From the NCBI GenBank assembly GCA_965652295.1, contig CBFGTS010000001.1, positions 416,001 to 480,000 on the forward strand: a stretch of 64,000 nt of DNA, written 5' to 3'. This DNA comes from an uncultured Haloferula sp. GTDB taxonomy: Bacteria > Verrucomicrobiota > Verrucomicrobiia > Verrucomicrobiales > Akkermansiaceae. The position numbers and the translations under genes were made by a program. Under the pieces are notes generated by a model, which saw only the letters and a program-made list of their open reading frames with translations, was not told the origin of the DNA and did not search any database. Below are positions 36,438 through 45,684 of the stretch, piece by piece; within the stretch, counting starts at the first letter, position 1, and every line of letters starts with the position of its first letter.

Positions 36438-38632
36438 AGAGCAAACTCGACATTCTCCATTTTTCGATCCACGGGCTGATCCGCGGAGCCAAGCTGGAAC
36501 TCGGCCGCGATCCCGACACGGGAGGCCAGTGCCTCTACGTGCTGGAGCTGGTGAAGGCGCTCGCCCGCCGCGAGGAGGTCGGCCGCGTCTCGCTGGTCAC
36601 GCGCAAGGTGTTCGATCGTCATGTCTCCGCCGACTACGCGCAGGAGCGAGAGCTGCTCGGTGGTGCGGGCGATATCTGCCGCATCGAGGCCGGCCCGCGG
36701 AGGTATCTGCGGAAGGAAGTGCTGTGGAGGCATCTCGACAGTTTCATCGATGGCACGCTGGCCTGGCTGCGGCGCGAGAAGCGGGTGCCCGATCTCGTCC
36801 ACGCGCACTACGCGGATGCCGGTTACGTCGGGCGTCAGGTCGCGGCGGTGCTCGGTTGCCCCTTCGTTTTCACCGGCCACTCGCTGGGCCGGGTGAAACG
36901 CGAGCGACTCATTGAGGGCGGGGCTTCCGCGGAGGAAATCGAAAAGCGCTACAATCTCGCTGCGAGGATCGAGGCCGAGGAGCTGAGCCTCGACGCCGCC
37001 TCGATGGTCTGCACCAGCACCCGGCAGGAGGTCGAGGAGCAGTATGCGATGTACGACCAGTATGCGGCCAGCCGGATGAAGGTGATCCCGCCGGGGGTGG
37101 ACCTGACCCGCTTCGATGGCGAAGGCGATCCGGAGGTGATGGCCTCGGTCGACGCGAAGATCAGCCGCTTTCTCGCCGATCCGTCGAAGCCCGCGGTGTT
37201 GGCGATCGCCCGGGCCGATGAACGGAAGAATCTCACCGGTCTGGTTCGCGCCTTCGCCGGCAACCCTTGGCTGCGGGACAACGCCAATCTCATCGTGATC
37301 GGCGGCAACCGCAGCACTCTGGGCGAGCTGCCTCCGGGCGGCCGGAAGGTGTGGATCTCGCTGTTGAGGCTGATTGACGATTTTGACCTCTACGGCGTCT
37401 GTGCGATTCCCAAAAAGCATGAGTCCAATGAGGTGGCGGGCTTTTACCGCTGGGCGGCGGACCGCGGCGGCGTGTTCGTCAATCCTGCTTTCACCGAGCC
37501 TTTCGGGTTAACCCTGCTGGAGGCCTCCGCGGCCGGCATGCCGCTGGTGGCGACGCATGACGGCGGGCCGCGCGACATCCTGGCGAATTGCGAGAATGGC
37601 GAATTGGTGGATCCTCTGAAGCCGGATGAGATCGGCAATGCCATCGAGAGCATCCTTTCCGATCCCGCACGCCACCGTGAGCTGGCCAGCCGCGGACATG
37701 CGCGGGTGCGTGAGCACTACTCGTGGGACGCGCATGTGGACCACTACCTGCGCGAGCTGGAAACGGTGCTGCCCTCCAACCCGCGCGAATGGCACCAGGG
37801 AACCCGCCAGGTACTGGCCAAGGCCGACCACTGGGTGGTGATGGACCTGCCACCGCAGCTGGAGGACGAGTCGCGTGATCATCTCGAACGCTGGCGCCAG
37901 TTGTTCGAACCGAAAGGGGCCTCGGTGAGGCTCGGTTTCGGCATCGCCACCGGCCTTTCCTACGAGGATGCCTGGGCGGCGATCGAGCGGCTCGACATGC
38001 CGAAACCTTCCTTCGTGATCGCCGGTCTCGGGGCCACGATCCATTACGGCAAGGCCCGGGTGCGCGACGAAGTCTGGGAAAAGCAGGTCAGGCACCGCTG
38101 GAGCCGCGCCGGGGTGCTGGAGGCGCTGGAAGGATTCGAAGGCCTCGAACTCCAGCCGGAGTCGTGCCAGCACGAGCTGAAGGTGTCGTTTTTCCGGGAT
38201 ATCAAGTCCGGCCCGACCACCGCCGAGGTGGTCTCGCACCTGCGGGAAAAGGGTGTTTCCGGCAAGGTGATGATGACGGCGAACAGCTATCTCGATGTGG
38301 TGCCGGTCCGCTCCGGCAAGGATGTCGCCCTGCGTTACCTCGAATACAAGTGGGGCATCGATCCGGCGCGGATCTACTGCTACGGGATGTATGGTAATGA
38401 CGTCTCGGTCGTCCGCGGGCGGAACCTTTCGGCGATCGCCGCCGATGCCGACGAAGTTCTGCGGCGGCTGAGATCCCGACCACGCCTTTTCAAATGCAAG
38501 CAGCCGGGACTGGCGGGGCTGTTCGAGGGGCTCGATCACTACGGGGTGCTCGAGGGCGAGCCGCCGCCGCTCCCCGGCCAGGGGGCGACGAGCGATGACG
38601 AGGCGGTGTCCGATATCGAGCTGCTGACCTGA
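36434..38632 (+). CDS. Sucrose-phosphate synthase (GT4 plus degenerate HAD-like domain)
   Basis: SIHGLIRG..LELGRDPDTGGQ, HAHYADAG, FTGHSLGR, VFVNPAFTEPFGLTLLEA, GGPRDI. Confidence 0.92.
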   Translation: MKSKLDILHFSIHGLIRGAKLELGRDPDTGGQCLYVLELVKALARREEVGRVSLVTRKVFDRHVSADYAQERELLGGAGDICRIEAGPRRYLRKEVLWRHLDSFIDGTLAWLRREKRVPDLVHAHYADAGYVGRQVAAVLGCPFVFTGHSLGRVKRERLIEGGASAEEIEKRYNLAARIEAEELSLDAASMVCTSTRQEVEEQYAMYDQYAASRMKVIPPGVDLTRFDGEGDPEVMASVDAKISRFLADPSKPAVLAIARADERKNLTGLVRAFAGNPWLRDNANLIVIGGNRSTLGELPPGGRKVWISLLRLIDDFDLYGVCAIPKKHESNEVAGFYRWAADRGGVFVNPAFTEPFGLTLLEASAAGMPLVATHDGGPRDILANCENGELVDPLKPDEIGNAIESILSDPARHRELASRGHARVREHYSWDAHVDHYLRELETVLPSNPREWHQGTRQVLAKADHWVVMDLPPQLEDESRDHLERWRQLFEPKGASVRLGFGIATGLSYEDAWAAIERLDMPKPSFVIAGLGATIHYGKARVRDEVWEKQVRHRWSRAGVLEALEGFEGLELQPESCQHELKVSFFRDIKSGPTTAEVVSHLREKGVSGKVMMTANSYLDVVPVRSGKDVALRYLEYKWGIDPARIYCYGMYGNDVSVVRGRNLSAIAADADEVLRRLRSRPRLFKCKQPGLAGLFEGLDHYGVLEGEPPPLPGQGATSDDEAVSDIELLT

Positions 38633-38686
38633 TCCGTCGTCATTCGTCGCTTGAGCGGAAATGCGCGGGCTGCCTAGCCTCCGCGC

Positions 38687-39250
38687 ATGGCAAAGGGCTT
38701 CAAGGAATGGCAGGTGGTGTGCGACGCGTTGGCGTCCGGCCGCCAGGCCATCATTCTGCGCAAGGGCGGCATCCACGAAGGGCGCCAGGGATTCAGTTTC
38801 GGCGAGGAGTCGTTCTTCCTTTTTTCCACGCGTTTCCACAATCAGGCGCAGTTCGTCCGCGAGGGCGAGGTGAGCGTGGCTCCGGAGTGGGAGGTGGGCG
38901 ACACCGTAAGGATCGAGCACTTTTGTGAAGTGCCGTGGGCCCGAACCCTGACCTCGTGGGACGAAGTGGCGGCCCTGGCCGGCGAGCACATCTGGACGGA
39001 GGAGACGGTGCGCCAGCGTTTCGACTGGGAAGGCAAGGGCATGAGTGCTGGCAGCATCCATGTGGCGCTGGTCCGCGCCTTCCGCCTGGCCCGTCCATGG
39101 GAGTTCGCCTACGAAAAGAAATACGGTGGATGTCGTAGCTGGGTTGATCTGCCGGAGCCGCCGGAGGGTTGGCGCGAGGGCATGACGCCGGTGCTGGATG
39201 ACGCGGCCTTCGAGCGGCTTGCGGAGAAGCTCGAAAATTCCGCCGCGTGA
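38687..39250 (+). CDS. DUF1802-family protein
   Basis: FKEWQVVCDALASGRQAIILRKGGIHE, YGGCRSWV. Confidence 0.88.
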   Translation: MAKGFKEWQVVCDALASGRQAIILRKGGIHEGRQGFSFGEESFFLFSTRFHNQAQFVREGEVSVAPEWEVGDTVRIEHFCEVPWARTLTSWDEVAALAGEHIWTEETVRQRFDWEGKGMSAGSIHVALVRAFRLARPWEFAYEKKYGGCRSWVDLPEPPEGWREGMTPVLDDAAFERLAEKLENSAA

Positions 39251-40173
39251 GCGGGGATGGGCGGTCGCGGTGGAGGCGTGCGGGGGTCTTCGGGGACCTG
39301 CCGACGCGGCTTCTGATGCGAGCCCTGCGTTCGGTTCCGTGGTTCTGCGAACCGGTCTTGCTCTGGGGGTGGACGGCCTTGTTTTTCGGCGTAGCCGGGG
39401 TCCAGCGCCGGGCGGTGATGACGAACCTCGGCGCGATGTTCCCCTGTTGGAATTGGGTCCGGAGGTTCGCCGGAGCCTATCGGGTCTTCTGGAACTTCGC
39501 TGCGACCTACGTCGACGCCCTGCGGGTGGAAACGGGGACCGGCGAGGTCGATTGGGCGATCGATGGGATCGCGGATTTCGAGGAAATGGCGGCCTCGCCC
39601 GCGGGCTGCATCCTGCTCACCGCCCACATGGGCAACTACGACATGGCGGCCTCGCTTTTTTCCGAGCAGTTCGGTCGGACGGTGTGGGCGGTGCGGGCAC
39701 CGGAGCGGGAGCCGGAAATGCAGGCGATCAAGGAGGCGGAGCTGCGTCGCAAGGAGGAGCGGCACCCGCATTTCCGCACGCTCTACAATCAGGGAGGCGA
39801 GATGCTCGGCGTGGAGCTGGCGCGCATCCTCCGCCAGGGCGAGGTGGTGGCGATCCAGGGGGATCGGGTGGTGTTCGAGGTTTCCGGGATGGAGGTGGAG
39901 GTGGAGCCGGGTTTGCGGATGAAGCTGCCGCGCGGACCGCTGATGCTGGCACGGATCACGGGCGCGCCGGTGTATCCGCTCTTCATCGTGCGCGATGGCT
40001 GGCGGCGCTACCGGGTGAAGGTTTTTCCGCGGCTGGACCTGCCGCCGCGGCAACGGGGCAGTGAGCCTGCCGCCGAGCCGTGGGCGCGGGCGCTCTATGG
40101 TGTGGGAAAGGAGCACTGGCCGCAGTGGTCGGTGTTCGAGGGCGTTTTTCAGCGCAAGGGAGGTGGCGCGTGA
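39247..40173 (+). CDS. Lipid A lauroyl/lysophospholipid acyltransferase-family protein
   Basis: LLTAHMGNYD (HxxxxD-type) and AIQGDR motifs. Confidence 0.85.
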   Translation: MSGDGRSRWRRAGVFGDLPTRLLMRALRSVPWFCEPVLLWGWTALFFGVAGVQRRAVMTNLGAMFPCWNWVRRFAGAYRVFWNFAATYVDALRVETGTGEVDWAIDGIADFEEMAASPAGCILLTAHMGNYDMAASLFSEQFGRTVWAVRAPEREPEMQAIKEAELRRKEERHPHFRTLYNQGGEMLGVELARILRQGEVVAIQGDRVVFEVSGMEVEVEPGLRMKLPRGPLMLARITGAPVYPLFIVRDGWRRYRVKVFPRLDLPPRQRGSEPAAEPWARALYGVGKEHWPQWSVFEGVFQRKGGGA

Positions 40174-41339
40174 GATCGACCGTGCCGGAAACGACGCGTG
40201 CCGCGACGCCGCTTTTCCGCCGGATCGGCGATGCTCGGCAGCCCGGCGACCGCACCCGTCCGGCTGCGGCGGCGGGGATGAACCGGGTGGAGTTCGCCGT
40301 GATTTCGGTGCTGGTGCCGGCGGCGATCGCGGTGGCGGTGTTCGACGGGCTGTGGCGGTTTGGTGGCACCTGGCTGGCGTGGGCCGCGGTGCTTCCGGTC
40401 TTCTGGTTGATCATTCACGGTCTGGCATTTGCGCTTGGTGTCTCGAAACCCAAACCCGCCTTCTGGCTCTGGGCCGTGGTGCTTTCGGCCTGGGCTGCTT
40501 GGCGGGTCGGCGGGGGTGGTTGGGCCGCGGCGGTGGCCGGGGCTTGGCTTGGCTTTATCGCCTTGCAGGTGGTCGCGGGCGGTCTCGCGTTCCTGTGGCG
40601 GCGGGCGATGGCGGTGCGCGGCTGGCCGGGTATCGGAGTGCGTGCTCTGGCCTGCGTGCTGCTGCACGTGCCGGCGCTCGTCCTTTGCTGGAAGTATGGC
40701 TGCGGCTGGGAACTTCTGGCGATCTTCGCCACCGGCTTGCTCTGGGTCTGGGGAACCTTCGTTCCCGGCTCCCAGCTTTTCGGGCCCGTAGCCCGCCGGG
40801 TCGAGGGCGAGGGGGTGCTGATCACCATCGACGACGGACCGGATCCGCACGACACGCCCCGGCTTCTCGACCTGCTCGACCAGCATGGCCGCAAGGCGGT
40901 GTTCTTTGTGATCGGGGAGAAAGTACGACGTTACCCGGAGTTGGCCCGCGAGATCGTCGCGCGCGGTCACGAGCTGGGGAACCACACGATGACGCATCCG
41001 CAGGCCACGATGTGGTGTCTCGGCCCGTGGCGGACCCGGCGGGAGATCCGCGGATGCCAGCAGGTGATCGTGGAGGTGACCGGCTTCAAACCCCGCTGGT
41101 ATCGGGCTCCGGTCGGTCACCGCAACTACTTCACCCATCCTTTCGCCGCCGAGCTGGGTCTTGAAGTCGTGGCCTGGACCCGACGCGGTTTCGACGCGGT
41201 CGAGCGGGATGTGGAGAAAATCCTGTCGGCTCTTTGTGACCGGGCGGGCGAGGGCGACATCCTCCTGCTTCACGAAAGTACACCTGTGGCGGAAGAGGTG
41301 CTGCGCGGCGTGCTGGAGCGGACGGACGGGCGCGGGTGA
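40170..41339 (+). CDS. Membrane-anchored polysaccharide deacetylase (CE4)
   Basis: N-terminal TM helices; ITIDDGP, HELGNHTMTH, YRAPVG, ILLLHE; start 40170 (GTG) or 40278. Confidence 0.85.
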   Translation: MRSTVPETTRAATPLFRRIGDARQPGDRTRPAAAAGMNRVEFAVISVLVPAAIAVAVFDGLWRFGGTWLAWAAVLPVFWLIIHGLAFALGVSKPKPAFWLWAVVLSAWAAWRVGGGGWAAAVAGAWLGFIALQVVAGGLAFLWRRAMAVRGWPGIGVRALACVLLHVPALVLCWKYGCGWELLAIFATGLLWVWGTFVPGSQLFGPVARRVEGEGVLITIDDGPDPHDTPRLLDLLDQHGRKAVFFVIGEKVRRYPELAREIVARGHELGNHTMTHPQATMWCLGPWRTRREIRGCQQVIVEVTGFKPRWYRAPVGHRNYFTHPFAAELGLEVVAWTRRGFDAVERDVEKILSALCDRAGEGDILLLHESTPVAEEVLRGVLERTDGRG

Positions 41340-41425
41340 AAGACAGGATTTTGCGGATTTTCCCGCGGCTTGCCATTTGACCGCCGCGGATCGCGGAGGC
41401 TTGGTGCACGATCCTGTCTACTGCC

Positions 41426-42727
41426 ATGATTCCGCTCCGTTCCCAGCCCATCTCCGCCTCGTCGTTGTCTTTCCTCCTTGTCTGCTGCGTCCACGGCGAG
41501 CAGGCGAGGGACAATGGGGAAGAGGTCATGGAAAAGCTCTCGAAGTCGGACCCGGTGACGGTGGAGACCGCGGTCGGCCCGTTGACGCTGCCGCCGCCTT
41601 ATCATTCCGAATCCGCGCGCAACGCGACCCGTCAGGTCGATTGGCCGGAAGAAGAGACGCCGAAGGCACCGCCCGGCTTCCAGGTCAGCCGCTATGCCGA
41701 TGGGTTGCAGCATCCGCGCCGCGCTTATGTGGCACCGAACAAGGACGTCTTCGTGGTCGAGTCCGACACCCGTGACAGCGCGAACCGGATCACACTGCTG
41801 CGCGATGCCGACCAGGATGGTACACCGGACGAGCGCACCGTGTTTCTGAAGGACCTCAAGCAACCTTACGGGATGCTGATCCTCGACGGGTTCTTCTACG
41901 TGGCGAACACCGGCGGACTATTGCGGTATCCGTATGAAGAGGGCGCGACGAAGATCGAGGCCGAGGGCGAAAAGATCCTCGGGCTACCGGCCGGCGGCTA
42001 CAACCACCACTGGACCCGCAATCTGATTGCCGGGCAGGACGGAGAAAAGATCTACGTTTCGGTCGGCTCGGCGAGCAACGTGGGGGAGTACGGGATGGAG
42101 CACGAGGAACGGCGGGCCGCGATTCTGGAAATCAATCCGGATGGCACGGGCGAGCGGATCTATGCCTCGGGACTGCGCAACCCGGTCGGCATGGACTTCA
42201 ATCCGGTGACCGGCGAGCTGTGGACGGCGGTGAACGAACGGGACAAGCTGGGGGATCGCCTCGTCCCCGACTACCTGACGAGCGTGAAGGAGGGGGGCTG
42301 GTATGGGTGGCCGTATTCCTACTTCGGCCAGATCCGGGACCCGCGGTGGCGCCACGATCCTCATGAGGAGATGGTCGAGAAGGCGATCGTGCCGGATGTC
42401 CCGCTTGGAAACCACACCGCGAGCCTCGGGCTGGTTTTTTACACCGGTGAGGCCTTTCCGGAGAAATACCGGAACGGTGCTTTCGTCGGTCAGCATGGAT
42501 CGTGGAACCGGACGACGCTGGCGGGCTACAAGGTGGTGTTCGTGCCTTTTGATGAGGAGGGGCGTCCGGAACCGGCGGAGGATTTCCTGACCGACTTCAT
42601 CGCGGACGAGGAGGAAAGCAAGGTTTACGGCCGCCCGGTGGGCGTGGCGATGCTGCCGGACGGGTCGCTGCTCGTGTGCGACGATGCGGCCGGTATCGTG
42701 TGGCGGGTGACGGCGGAAGGCGCGTGA
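41426..42727 (+). CDS. PQQ-dependent glucose/sorbosone dehydrogenase-family protein
   Basis: YNHHWTR, GLRNPVG, VNERD, HTASLG, QHGSWNR, GRPVGV. Confidence 0.9.
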   Translation: MIPLRSQPISASSLSFLLVCCVHGEQARDNGEEVMEKLSKSDPVTVETAVGPLTLPPPYHSESARNATRQVDWPEEETPKAPPGFQVSRYADGLQHPRRAYVAPNKDVFVVESDTRDSANRITLLRDADQDGTPDERTVFLKDLKQPYGMLILDGFFYVANTGGLLRYPYEEGATKIEAEGEKILGLPAGGYNHHWTRNLIAGQDGEKIYVSVGSASNVGEYGMEHEERRAAILEINPDGTGERIYASGLRNPVGMDFNPVTGELWTAVNERDKLGDRLVPDYLTSVKEGGWYGWPYSYFGQIRDPRWRHDPHEEMVEKAIVPDVPLGNHTASLGLVFYTGEAFPEKYRNGAFVGQHGSWNRTTLAGYKVVFVPFDEEGRPEPAEDFLTDFIADEEESKVYGRPVGVAMLPDGSLLVCDDAAGIVWRVTAEGA

Positions 42728-42795
42728 CGAGCGGTCGGTCTGCGGGCTCGGGAAACCGATTGCATGGGAGCGCTTCGCGGGCACCTTGATTGATC

Positions 42796-43113
42796 ATGAA
42801 AGCCCTTCTTTTACCTTCTCTGATCGTCGCGATGCTGGCCGGGTCCCTGAGTGCGCAGGAACCCGTGACGGCGGATCTGGAGGAGCGCGCCGCAGTGCTG
42901 GTGCGGCTCGTTTCCTCGCTGGAAAGCGCCGCGACCCGCATCGATGTGGTGCTGGTGCGGGGCGAGGTCCGGATGGACATCACGAACGTCACAGGCGTCC
43001 GGTCGGACGGGCGGATGCTGATCTTCGACTACGAAAAGGAGGGTGCCGCCACGCCTCTCCGCGCGGTCTGCGATGCGTCCGACGTGCTGGCCATTTTGGA
43101 AAACCCGCGCTGA
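42796..43113 (+). CDS. Small secreted hypothetical protein
   Basis: Clear signal peptide MKALLLPSLIVAMLAGSLSA; fills the gap between flanking genes. Confidence 0.65.
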   Translation: MKALLLPSLIVAMLAGSLSAQEPVTADLEERAAVLVRLVSSLESAATRIDVVLVRGEVRMDITNVTGVRSDGRMLIFDYEKEGAATPLRAVCDASDVLAILENPR

Positions 43114-43121
43114 TTCGGTGC

Positions 43122-44519
43122 TTAGGCTGAGGCGACCGAGAGGGCCTTGAGCAGGAGCGGATGGGCATCGATGTTCCGCATGAAGGCCGGGAACAGGTGG
43201 CTGCCGGGGCCGTAGGCGCAGAATTCCACCAGATCGGCGGTGTGGTTGGCGCTGGTCCAGCGGATGCCGTGGTGGTCGCCGAAGAGGTGGCCGAGGTCGA
43301 TGCTCTTGAGACCCTGCGCCCGCTTCAGCTCGTCCTTGCCGAGCTTCAGGCCGGTGTGTTGTTCGATGAACTCGCTGAGCGGGGGACCGCTGAGGCCGCC
43401 GCCCTGGTTGCGCAGCCATTCGAGCGATTGTTTGAACGGACGGACGTGGTCGAAGCAGAGCGTCGTTCCGTTGTAGATGCCGGGAGCCATCTTCTGGTCC
43501 GGACGCGCGTTCATGCCATTGAGCTGGATGCCGCCGCAGCCGTGATCGGTGGTCACGACCAGCAGCGTGTCGTCGCGCTTCGAGACATATTCGAGCATTG
43601 CGGCGATGGTTTCGTCGAAATCGAGCTGCTCGTGGATGCTCGCCACGGCGTCGTTGGCGTGGCCGCAGTGGTCGATGCGCGCGCCTTCGACCATGAGGAA
43701 CCAGCGGTCGCTCGCCAGCGAATCGAGCCGCGTCACGGCGAGGTCCGCCATTTCCTTCAGTGAAGGGCGCTTGCGGGTCTCCTCCTTGCTGGCGCGGCGG
43801 TCGATGGCATAAGGCATGTAGCCGGAGGCGAAGATGCCGAGCAGCGGGCGGTCATCGGTTGCGCGAGTGCCGAGCAGATCGTCGCGGTATTCGAGGATCT
43901 CATAGCCCGCCTCGGTGTATTTCTCCTTCAGGTCCTTCGAGAAAAACCTCCGTCCGCCGCCGAGGGCGACCTGCACGCCGCGGGCGAGGTACTGGCGTGC
44001 GATCTCTTCCTCGTTTCCACGGTCCTGGACATTGGCGGCGAAGCCCGCCGGGGTGGCGTGGGTAATCGATGCGGTGGAGACGAGCCCAGTCGGGATGCCA
44101 TGCTCGCGGAGCTGCGCTTGGAGGGGCTTGTGCATCCGCCCTTCCGGCGAAATGTTGATGGTGCCGTTGTTGACCCGCTGGCCGCCGCCCCAGGCGCTGG
44201 CCGCCGCGGCCGAATCGGTGACCAGGCTGTTGGCGGAGGAGGTTTCGACCAGGCTGCGGACGACCGGCAGCTCGCGGTACATGTTCATCCACGCCGTGGA
44301 TTTACCGTCGAAATGGCTGAGGTAGTGCTGCGCCAGCGAGAGCGCGCCGTGGTTCATGCCATCGCTGACCATGAAGATGATCTTCTTCGGCAGCCCGGAG
44401 TTTTCCTTGGAGCGACGGGTTTCCTGGGCGTGTAGCGAGGCTTCCGCCCCGAAGGCGGCGGTGGCGGCGGATGCGGCTTTGAGGAAATGGCGGCGCGATG
44501 TGGCGGACGGATGACTCAT
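43122..44519 (-). CDS. Alkaline phosphatase (PhoA-type) with Tat signal
   Basis: SRRHFL; MVSDGM, VTDSAAA (catalytic Ser), THATPA, VEGARIDHCGH, TTDHG. Confidence 0.9.
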   Translation of the reverse strand: MSHPSATSRRHFLKAASAATAAFGAEASLHAQETRRSKENSGLPKKIIFMVSDGMNHGALSLAQHYLSHFDGKSTAWMNMYRELPVVRSLVETSSANSLVTDSAAAASAWGGGQRVNNGTINISPEGRMHKPLQAQLREHGIPTGLVSTASITHATPAGFAANVQDRGNEEEIARQYLARGVQVALGGGRRFFSKDLKEKYTEAGYEILEYRDDLLGTRATDDRPLLGIFASGYMPYAIDRRASKEETRKRPSLKEMADLAVTRLDSLASDRWFLMVEGARIDHCGHANDAVASIHEQLDFDETIAAMLEYVSKRDDTLLVVTTDHGCGGIQLNGMNARPDQKMAPGIYNGTTLCFDHVRPFKQSLEWLRNQGGGLSGPPLSEFIEQHTGLKLGKDELKRAQGLKSIDLGHLFGDHHGIRWTSANHTADLVEFCAYGPGSHLFPAFMRNIDAHPLLLKALSVASA

Positions 44520-44654
44520 GGCGGGACGGAAGGAAACGGGCGGAGGAAGCCGGGGCTTTCATGACCGGCGCTGACCTTTGCCCTTACCATGGCCGAAGCG
44601 GCCGCCGGATGCCGAGCGGGAATTTTGCCGGTTGTTCCTCGTTGGCGATCTCGG

Positions 44655-44745
44655 GCGGTACTGGCGACGGGCAGCCCATTCATGATCGGGATGCGCCGCG
44701 CCGACCAGCACGTGGCCAACTTCATGCGGAATGATATTCAAGGCT
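44655..44745 (-). pseudogene. Orphan relic of an HExxH metallopeptidase tip paralogous to the C-terminus of 45677-48580
   Basis: 44679-44726 encodes HEVGHVLVGAAHPDHE versus HEIGHVLVGPGHPDHE at 45821-45868; similarity decays on both sides. Confidence 0.75.
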
Positions 44746-44766
44746 CCGGATGATGAAGCCGGACCC

Positions 44767-45684
44767 TCATCGCTTCGCATTGGTTCTGCGGAGCTTTCGC
44801 CAGACCAAGAGAATGACTGCCACCAGTCCGAGCCCTCCGCCAACCATCCACCAATGATTCGCCCCTTGCGCCGGATCATCTGCGGAGTCCTCGCTTCCCG
44901 CAGCTTCGCGGTTCTGCGTCGTTCGCCTCCGATGGTTCTCTGGATCTGCGTTGTCAGCACCCGGTCTCAGCTCTCGTTCCGCCGGGCCTTCCAGCGTGTA
45001 GGGTTGCGGATCGCCTTTGAAGCGGAAGGTCCGGGTGCCGGCTTTCACTTGCTCAAACCAGAGCTGCCACGTCTTGAGATCGTCCTCGCGAATATGAAGA
45101 GGAACTGATTGTCTTCCATCAGCCGGGGGATCATCCAGAAGAACCGTCAAGGCCTCTTGCGCGTATATCGGGTTTTCTGGCGGTGACGAAGTTCCTGGAT
45201 CCTCGCCGTGGGGATAAGGCACGCCGGAGTCGTCGCTCAATAGCTCTCCCAGAACCCGGACTGATTCCAGCGAGGGAATCACTTCGAATGTGTGGATAAT
45301 GCGAAGCCTCACATCATCATATCGATGAGCTTTCCCGCTTTGCCAAGCCTCTCGCTCTTTATCAATTATTGCCTGCAAATAATCCCCGTGGCGAGGGATC
45401 GAAATAATGGAATTCACAACCTCTTGCCGGACATCAAATCGCTCCTCAAGTGGATAAATGCTTTTCTGTCCAAGTTTCCAAACTCCCAGAGCCAAACGCT
45501 CGATTTTTTCCGCGCTGGGATCTGTTTCGGCCTCCTTGGCAAGTGCCCTCCAGGATTCGAAGGCTCGATGGACTCTTTCCAATTTTTGGTGGTCTATGTC
45601 GAACTTGCTTGTGTCTCCATAGGTAGAGATAATTGCAAACAAAATCCACACCCACGCCCACGCTCCAATTCTTTTATTACTCAT
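44767..45684 (-). CDS. Hypothetical exported protein with C-terminal membrane anchor (candidate partner/immunity protein)
   Basis: N-terminal hydrophobic signal, WQLWFEQVKAGTRTFRF motif, C-terminal WWMVGGGLGLVAVILLVWRK; start overlaps the upstream stop (ATGAGTAA). Confidence 0.75.
   Translation of the reverse strand: MSNKRIGAWAWVWILFAIISTYGDTSKFDIDHQKLERVHRAFESWRALAKEAETDPSAEKIERLALGVWKLGQKSIYPLEERFDVRQEVVNSIISIPRHGDYLQAIIDKEREAWQSGKAHRYDDVRLRIIHTFEVIPSLESVRVLGELLSDDSGVPYPHGEDPGTSSPPENPIYAQEALTVLLDDPPADGRQSVPLHIREDDLKTWQLWFEQVKAGTRTFRFKGDPQPYTLEGPAERELRPGADNADPENHRRRTTQNREAAGSEDSADDPAQGANHWWMVGGGLGLVAVILLVWRKLRRTNAKR

Noticed and set aside
44559..44960. 133-aa ORF containing HEVGH as an intact peptidase gene
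   Set aside because: Its 5' half is off-frame overlap with the partner gene and only about 20 codons are homologous; treated as a relic.
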